Both the position numbers and the translations under genes were made by a program. Positions 56,668-64,000 of a stretch of 64,000 nucleotides of DNA are shown piece after piece (position 1 is the stretch's first letter; the number at the start of each line of letters is the position of its first letter). Under the pieces are notes generated by a model that ran no database searches, was not told where the DNA came from, and worked only from the letters and a program-made list of their open reading frames with translations. Location of the stretch: contig JBNJNM010000021.1 in assembly GCA_052426225.1 (NCBI GenBank), forward strand, positions 1,426,001-1,490,000, in the 5' to 3' direction. The stretch is from Zancudomyces culisetae HAW-14-8 (Eukaryota; Fungi; Kickxellomycota).

Positions 56668-59600
56668 CCTCCTAAGTTTAGTATTTAGCGTGGTTGTAAC
56701 CTCCGGTATCATATCTTTGTGATGGAAATACCGTTTGAGCATGTCACCATTAACGACCTCATTGTTGCCTTCATTGTCGTGAATTAATATGCACCCTTGG
56801 TTAATGCCCTTTCTATGATATAGGGACCTTCCCAAACCCGCTCTAACTTTGCTCGCTCCATCTCAACAAATTTCAATACCAGGTCACCTTCCTTAAAATG
56901 GTACCTCTTCACGTCCTTGTTATACCTCTTCTCATCAACCCTTTTTGCTAAAACCATATTCTTTACCGCTAACTTCCGAAGTTCGGGTAAATGGTCATTA
57001 ATTTGTTTAACCCTGCTCAATATATACTCTTCCTGGTTTTCTATTTCACCATTGTACGACCATGATGATGGTAAGGCCAACTCCACACCGTATAAAAGTT
57101 CTGCTGGACTGAAACCCAATGATTTATTTCTCAACGTACGGATGACCAATAGTGTTTTCCAGAGATACGAGTCCCAATGAGTCTTGTCGTTCCTACACTG
57201 CTTCATGAGTATATTCACCAAGGTTTGGTTCAATCGCTCGACTTGACCATTGGTCTGTGGGCGATATGAAGTTGCAGGGGTATGTTTGATCCCCAACCAT
57301 TCGTATATCCCTGTAGTACTTTCTGATAAGAAGCTGGAACCTCTATCACTTATCAGTTGTTGCGGCACACCATAGTGACAGACTACTTCATTGATCAAAA
57401 AGTTTATCACCGTCTCACTCAACAGATTCGGTACTGCACACGCTATGGGCCATTTTGTGCAATAATCTATTGCAGTCAAAATGTATCTGTTTCCACTAGC
57501 AGAGATTGGTGCGATAGGTCCTACTGCGTCTATCCCTACGATGTCAAATGGTTTAGCTGCCACAATTGGGACTAATGGGTGTCGCTTTGACCTTCCACCT
57601 TTATACAGCTGACACACTGGGCACGCTTGTACCATCGCGACTACATCCTTGTATAGATTCCTACCTGTATATTTCTGCGAGACCCGATACCACGTATTCT
57701 CGATCCCTTCATGACCTTCGTTATGAATTGCGGTTATTTTCTCTAAGTATTCCCCTTCGTGTAACACTTCCTTCCAAGTATTTTGAACCCTTCGGTGCAA
57801 CTTCCCTTCAATAACCCTGAATTGCCTTGCTTTGTTCCTTAGTCTTTCTCGAAACTTCTCATCCGCCTTCCTTGGATAAGCCTTCGTCGTCAGATACTGC
57901 CTTACTGCCTCATATTCCAAAATGTCCATTGCGCAAACATCAATCTCTTCCATAATACTAGTGTCTCCTTCCAGGCTCATCCTAGATATTCCATCGGCCG
58001 GATTTGTAGCGCCTGGCAGATGTTCAATAGTGAAGTCATAGCTGCGTAACAGCATCGCCCAGCGAGCTACACGGCCTGTGATGTCGGGACTGTCAAACAT
58101 TTGTAACAAGGATTTGTGATCAGTACGTATCCTAAATTTCCTACCGTACACGTAATACTTAAATTTATTGATTGACCACACTACCGCGAGCGCTTCTAAA
58201 TGGCTTATTGAGTAATTTTTCTCTGCCTTATTGGTACTTCTGCTCGCATATTCTATTACCATCTCCCTGTCCTCTATAAACTGTGATAATACCGCTCCTA
58301 TTCCCGTGATCGAGGCATCCGTCGTTATTACGAACTCCAATTCCCAGTTAGGATGTCCTAGCACTGGCGCCGTTGACATAAGCTCCTTAATCTTTTCCAA
58401 TGCTTCTTGTTGCACACTATCCCAATTCCATTTCACTTCTTTCCTCAATAAAGATGTTAGGGGGCTAGTTATCTTTGCGTAATTGGGGATATACTTTCGG
58501 TAATATCCCGTCATACCCAACAGCGACTGTAGTTCCTTTACACTTTTTGGACTCTTAATCTCCTTGATGGCGGCAATTTTGTTGGGGCTCGTCCCAATGC
58601 CTTTTTCCGATATCACATGACCCAGATACTCCAGTTCCCTAAAACCTATTACGCACTTGTTTTTATGGAGTTGAATCTGTCCTTTTCTTAATAACTCCAA
58701 TACTGACTGTAGATCCTTGACGTGGTCCTCCATGTTCCTTGAGTATACTATAATATCATCGATGAAAACCACGGCACACTTCCATAGCACTGGACTTAAG
58801 ACTCTTTCCATCGTTCTCTGAAACGTCGCCGGGCTATTAGTGAGCTCGAACGGCATAACGTTATATTCAAATGATCCTCCTCCCGGGATCGCAAACGCTG
58901 TCTTTGGCCTATCCTCGTCGCGCATCTTTATCTGCCAGAACCCACTCAACGCATCGAGTGAGCTAAATACCACTGCACCCGATAGCGCCATGAATAGGTC
59001 CTCAATAACCGGCAGCGGATACGCGTCTTTACATGTTGCCGAATTTAGTTTACGGTAATCCGCGCAAACTCTTAATTTTCCGTCTTTCTTGAAAACTACC
59101 ACCACTGGCGAACACCACTCTGAGGTGCTTGGTGATATGATTCCCTTTTCCTGCATACCTTGCAATTCCTTTGTTACTTGTTCTTGTAATCGGAATGGTA
59201 TCCGATATGGTCTTTGCTTGATCGGGGTAGCATCTTTTAATACTATCCGATGCTCCGCGACGTCCGTTTGCTTGAGTTCTGTTATTTCTTCCACAAACAG
59301 AGATTCATACCCCTTTAACATCTCCTGTAACTCCTGGCTATGCTGTTCTGGTACTCCTACTGGACCCTGTTTCAATACTAGGTACAACTCCGCTTCCTCT
59401 GCTTCACTAGGGCCTGTACTTGCAACATCCAGCTTTGTGCTTATCTCCGCCCCTTCCACCGGTATCCTCAACTCTGGATTTTCATGTTTACGAGCACCTT
59501 AAAGCGTAGCAACCAGTCGGTTCCCAGTATTAGTGTGTAATCTTCTCTTGGTATCACTACCAGATTTACTGGTAACAAAGCACCCGCTATCTTCAAAGGC

Positions 59601-61081
59601 ACTTCATCGACATGCCCTAGTGTTGTATGCCTTTTGCCATCTGCGGTAACTAACACTGTGTTACTACTAGATGACGGTTCTAACCCCCAATCCTCCAAAT
59701 ACCTCGTAGAGACAACGGAGCAGGCGGCTCCGGTGTCTACCACAGCCCATATTCTATGCCCAAATATGTTTACTACCGCCTTGCAATTCGAAACTTTCGT
59801 CTCACTTATCCTGATCTCATTTACTTCTGCGTGCTTATCTCTTTGTAAATATGCTGTCAATTCCTTTGTAATTGTTGGAGATCCTTCTAAAAGCTGAAGT
59901 ACGTCTATTTTTGGATATATCCTACGGAATTCATCAATTATGGAGAACGGTTTGCTCGAATATTTCCCTACGGCTTCTTTCCTCTTCTCAATAGTCAAAG
60001 TCTCTGAGTTTGACGTGTTTACCCTAGCCTCCATAATGCTTGGGTCCTCTGCCTCAATTACTGTTGTAGATTCATTATCCCTTACTGGTTCCAGTGTACC
60101 TTTGTTACCTCTAGCTCTAGTGACTCTTCTATCTACCTCTCCCCCCTGCATTGTCTGGTATTTCCTTTTCTCAACTGCAAATATGTCCTGTTCATTATCG
60201 TCCTCGTCCTTTATTGACATTTCCTCAACTTCAATAAAGTTGACTGGCTTAGCTGAATTTTCTCTGATTGACTCTTTGCCTCTGAATTGTGTCCTTTTTG
60301 GACACTCAAATTTTCTGTGCCCTACTTCCTGACAGTAGTAGCACTCCCATGCTGCGTCTGTTCTACGCTTGAATCTCTTGTTTTCTTCCTCTTTGAACCT
60401 CTTCTCTACCACTTCGTCGACCTTGCTAAGCAAGTTTACACTTAGCTCCTCAAACCTTTTTAGGAAAGTACCATACTGCAATGGTCCCGTGTTTAATTCC
60501 TTTACTGGCTTACCCGATTTGGTAGCTGCATTCCTAACGTACTCCTTGGGCTTGCTACTGCTTGTCTTATCTTCTGCTGGTTTTGGTGGGGCTTCATCCT
60601 CTTTGTCAGTGCATGCTATATAGGAGGTAACCTCATCCCACTTGGTGAATCCTTTTTCTTCTACCCGCTTCTTATAACTTGATTTGAGTGAACTTATCAG
60701 CCAGTTCACTTTTACTTCATCATCTGTGATATTTGCTTGAGTTAACAGACTATTGAGCTCCAGCTCCAACTCTTCTATACTTTCATAATCCTCCTGTTTT
60801 ATTGACTTCAATTTATCCCATACTCTGAATTTTGAATCCGTACTGCCAAACTTCTCTACGAACTTTGTTGTGAGTACTTCCCAGGTGGTAAATGAATCTT
60901 TATTTTTCTTATACCACCACCTTTCTTTTTTTCCAAGATAGAGTTTCAGTAACTCTACCCAATCTTTACTCTGCCAATTGTTTATCTTGGCGTACAGTCC
61001 AAAATCCTCGATCCACTCTTGTGGATCGCTACCGTTGCCCGATTCAAATACTCTAATATCCTTCATATTGTTGCTGAACAA
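56668..61081 (-). pseudogene. gag-pol of element I copy 2
   Basis: Translations are identical to copy 1, including both frameshifts. Confidence 0.88.
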
Positions 61082-61389
61082 ATTTTACCACTAGTTGAAT
61101 CCTACCTTAATTTGGTCGTGAAACTGATTTTAGTCCCACCGTGATCGCCACTGTTATATAAAACTTTAACTCTATATTATTATATATAGATTTCACACAT
61201 ATATAACTTTTACCCTACACTGTTATAAGTAATATAGCTCAAGGTATTATAATTTATGTTAGAAAAATCAAATCCTCCCTTTAGATTCAATATTCAAAAA
61301 CTATTTATATTATTTAGAAATCGAAATAATAACCAAACTATAAATTTATCCAATCAGAGCAATGTCGTATTATCCACTATACGACAATA

Positions 61390-64000
61390 TGTCATATAGC
61401 AAATTGACATTTGATTCGTAAATGGTTACGTTCCGAAATGCATTAGTTTTTTTTATCCTAGTGATTTTTTCTAATATCATTTCGTTTTTAAATATAATTT
61501 TTTAGTAGTATCTTATATAAGAGTTTTTTAGTTAGTTTTTTATAAATGTTACACAATAAATAGTTAATTTAGGAAAAAAGATATACAACTTAGGTCTGAA
61601 ATAGAACATAGTAATATTTAAAAATAGAATAACATAGTTTTATATTTAGCATAGTAGTATTAAATATAAGAGATACTAGCATAAAAACGTTAGTATCTGA
61701 CAGTGGCGATCACGGTGGGACCTATAAGTCCTTCAGATTATTTTCATTTAAGGATTCGACTAGGAAATAATAATTCTATTATAGAGAGATAAAGAAAATG
61801 GTTATAACATCACCAAAGCAATTTGAATCTGGAAAAGGGATAGATCCAGCAGAGTGGATTGAGGACTTCAAACTGGTCGCAAAGTTGAATAGTTGGCCGG
61901 AAGATGACCTTATTGACCTTGTGAAGTTATTTTTAGGGAACAAGGAAAAGATATGGTTCAAGAAGAACAAAGTAAAATTTACCAGCTGGGAGGAATTAAG
62001 CAAAAGATTCAAAGAAAAATATGGTACTACAGATTCAAAGGAGAAAATTTGGAATCGGTTGCGATCGATTAAACAGTCTGAATTTGATAGTATAGAAGAA
62101 CTTGAAGTGGAGTTGAATCATTTACTAAATAAAGCTAACATCAAAGATATTGGGAACAGATTCGATTTTTTAGTTAGTACACTTAGAGTAGGATTTAAAG
62201 AGAAAGTTGAAGAAAACAGCATAACTGAGTGGGATAAATTAATTGAATTAATCACAAAGGTTGAGGATGGCTCAGTGGTAAGTCCAAAGAAAGGGGATCA
62301 CAAGGATTCTAAAGTTCAAGCGAAGGATTATACCACGAACGCTGCATCAAAAGGGAAAAGTGTTAAGGAAATTGCAAAAAACTCAGTAGCGTACAGTGAC
62401 ATGATGAAAAGATTCGAGGAAATGAGTGTGAGTCTGATCACAAAAGTAGAGCAAGTAGTTGATCAAAAACTTAAGGAAGCGGCTACAAGTAATAGAAGAG
62501 TACAGCCCTTTGTGGTAAAATGTTATTCGTGTAATGAAATAGGCCATCGTAAGTATGAGTGTCCGAAGATAAAAGAAAGCGGTTCAAGCGATGGTAGCAA
62601 GGTAGACATTCAAAAGAACATAAATTATATTGAGGTAATTGAGAACCATAGTGCAGTGGAAGACGATGCACAGGTGTATGCAATTGATAAAAGAAAGCAC
62701 AGTGACATAGCCAGTGGAGCAACAGAACAACGCCCTACTAAGTACAGGACCGCACGCACTAGGGGAGTCCACTCTACACCGGAAGAGACCAGTGGTGTGG
62801 CCCATCCGACAGCGGAAGTTGGGGATGAATCGCTGGGAGATGAGAATAGGCTAGAATCAAACATTTCAAGAGGTAAAAACTACCAGCTGTTGAAAGGCAC
62901 CAACAAGACCTTCTCCATTATCGAAGAGTTGCGCAAGGTCTACCCAAAAATTGATGCTTTACAGTTAATTGAGAATGCCCCAATATACTCAGAAGAGTTG
63001 AAGAGCTTCCTCAAAAAGGACAAGATTATGGAACTAAACGAAATACAAGTTCAAGAAAGAAAAACATCTAATTGCTGAATAATGGTGCAAGTATTCGGAC
63101 AAAAATTGTGGGCAGTGGTGGATACAAGGGCGGCTTGCTCCGTTGTTACTTACAACCTAATGGAGGGTTGGGGATTGGACATGGATAGTAAAAGTGGGCT
63201 AACATTAGTGACGGCGGATGGGAAGAGGCATAACACCCTAGAAAGGTTGTCACAGGTGCCGTTAATGATTGCAAGCTTCATATTACCAGTAAATCTGATC
63301 GTTATGTCCAGAAATGACGATACTCTTATCCTAGGAACCGATTGGTTACTACAACATAAGGCTTCGTTGAATCTTAAAGTACCTGAACTAAGGATACCAA
63401 TCGAAAACGTGGAAGTAGTTACAAGGCTAGAAACATCCGCAGATTTGAATATGGAAGATGAAAAAGCTGAACTGTACGCTATCTTAAAGCAAGGACCAGT
63501 AGGAAGAGGATCGTGCCTGGAGGTGGAGCTTGAAAGTGTAATCCATAAGTATAACAACATCTTTGTTAGCGACCTTTCCGAGCTCACTCAAACTAGCGTG
63601 ATAGAACATCGTATCCAGGTAAAAGATGAGACACCTATCAAGCTCAGGCCTTACCGGATACCGCATAGGCAGCAAGAGCAGGTATTGCATGAATTAAAGG
63701 AAATGGAAAAACAGGGAATTATTTCACCGACAACTTCTGAATGGTGCGCTCCAGTGGTGATAGTCCATAAGAAAAACGGAAAGATACGCGTCTGCGCCGA
63801 CTACCGGAGGCTCAATGAGGTGACAAGAAAGGATAGTTATCCGCTCCCTGTTATCGCAGATCTGTTCATGGCTTTGTCTGGCGCGGTTGTGTTTAGCTGC
63901 CTTGACGCCATGAGCGGATTTTGGCAGATCCGTATGCATAGCGCCGACAAAGCAAAAACAGCCTTTGCCATCCCAGGGAGTGGCGCTTTTGAATATAACG
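61390..64000 (+). mobile_element. Ty3/Gypsy element, family E copy 2 (runs off window)
   Basis: 5' LTR at 61390-61702, PBS, and ORF 61798-63078 ending at the same TGA. pol continues from 63082. Confidence 0.93.

Larger units (their letters stand above)
50019..61386 (-). mobile_element. Ty3/Gypsy element, family I copy 2, with nested full-length chromovirus
   Basis: LTRs at 61152-61386 and 50019-50253. Same lesions as copy 1. Confidence 0.93.
30200..64000 (+). repeat. Tandem segmental duplication of a D(3')-I-E block (offset 16454 bp before J, 21929 bp after J)
   Basis: Identical junctions, identical inactivating mutations and the same J insertion site in both units. The offset difference of 5475 equals the J interior (4544) plus one LTR (931). 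Confidence 0.9.

Noticed and set aside
17183-64000. Numerous short antisense ORFs within gag-pol regions
   Set aside because: They are opposite-strand shadows of retroelement coding sequence.

Overview
AT-rich eukaryotic DNA, probably fungal: the introns are short GT-AG introns with CTAAT branch sites. An early-diverging lineage such as the Harpellales is only my guess. 1-6168 (minus strand) holds the 5' part of a giant secreted Pro/Thr/Arg/His tandem-repeat protein of more than 2056 aa. The ORF track missed it; its long plus-strand ORFs there are antisense shadows. Next come a three-exon kinesin-6-like gene (7818-12168) and tRNA-Gly(GCC) (15570-15640, minus). Almost everything after 15647 is LTR-retrotransposon DNA, and it is highly ordered. 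Stack 1 starts 6 bp upstream of the tRNA: about 10 LTR units (solo LTRs of several families, one full Ty3/Gypsy element, and an inverted pair of ~1.44-kb TG...CA units carrying a conserved small ORF) laid end to end, mostly separated by ~4-bp target-site duplications (TSDs). After ~330 bp of unique DNA, stack 2 (27164 to window end) holds a non-autonomous mini-element and three related Ty3/Gypsy families (here D, I, E), again abutting. A chromovirus (J) is nested in I. A D-I-E block is tandemly duplicated through a chimeric D copy. The best candidate for a new system is a clade of Pol III/tRNA-targeting Gypsy elements that share a C-terminal integrase motif and build time-ordered insertion stacks.
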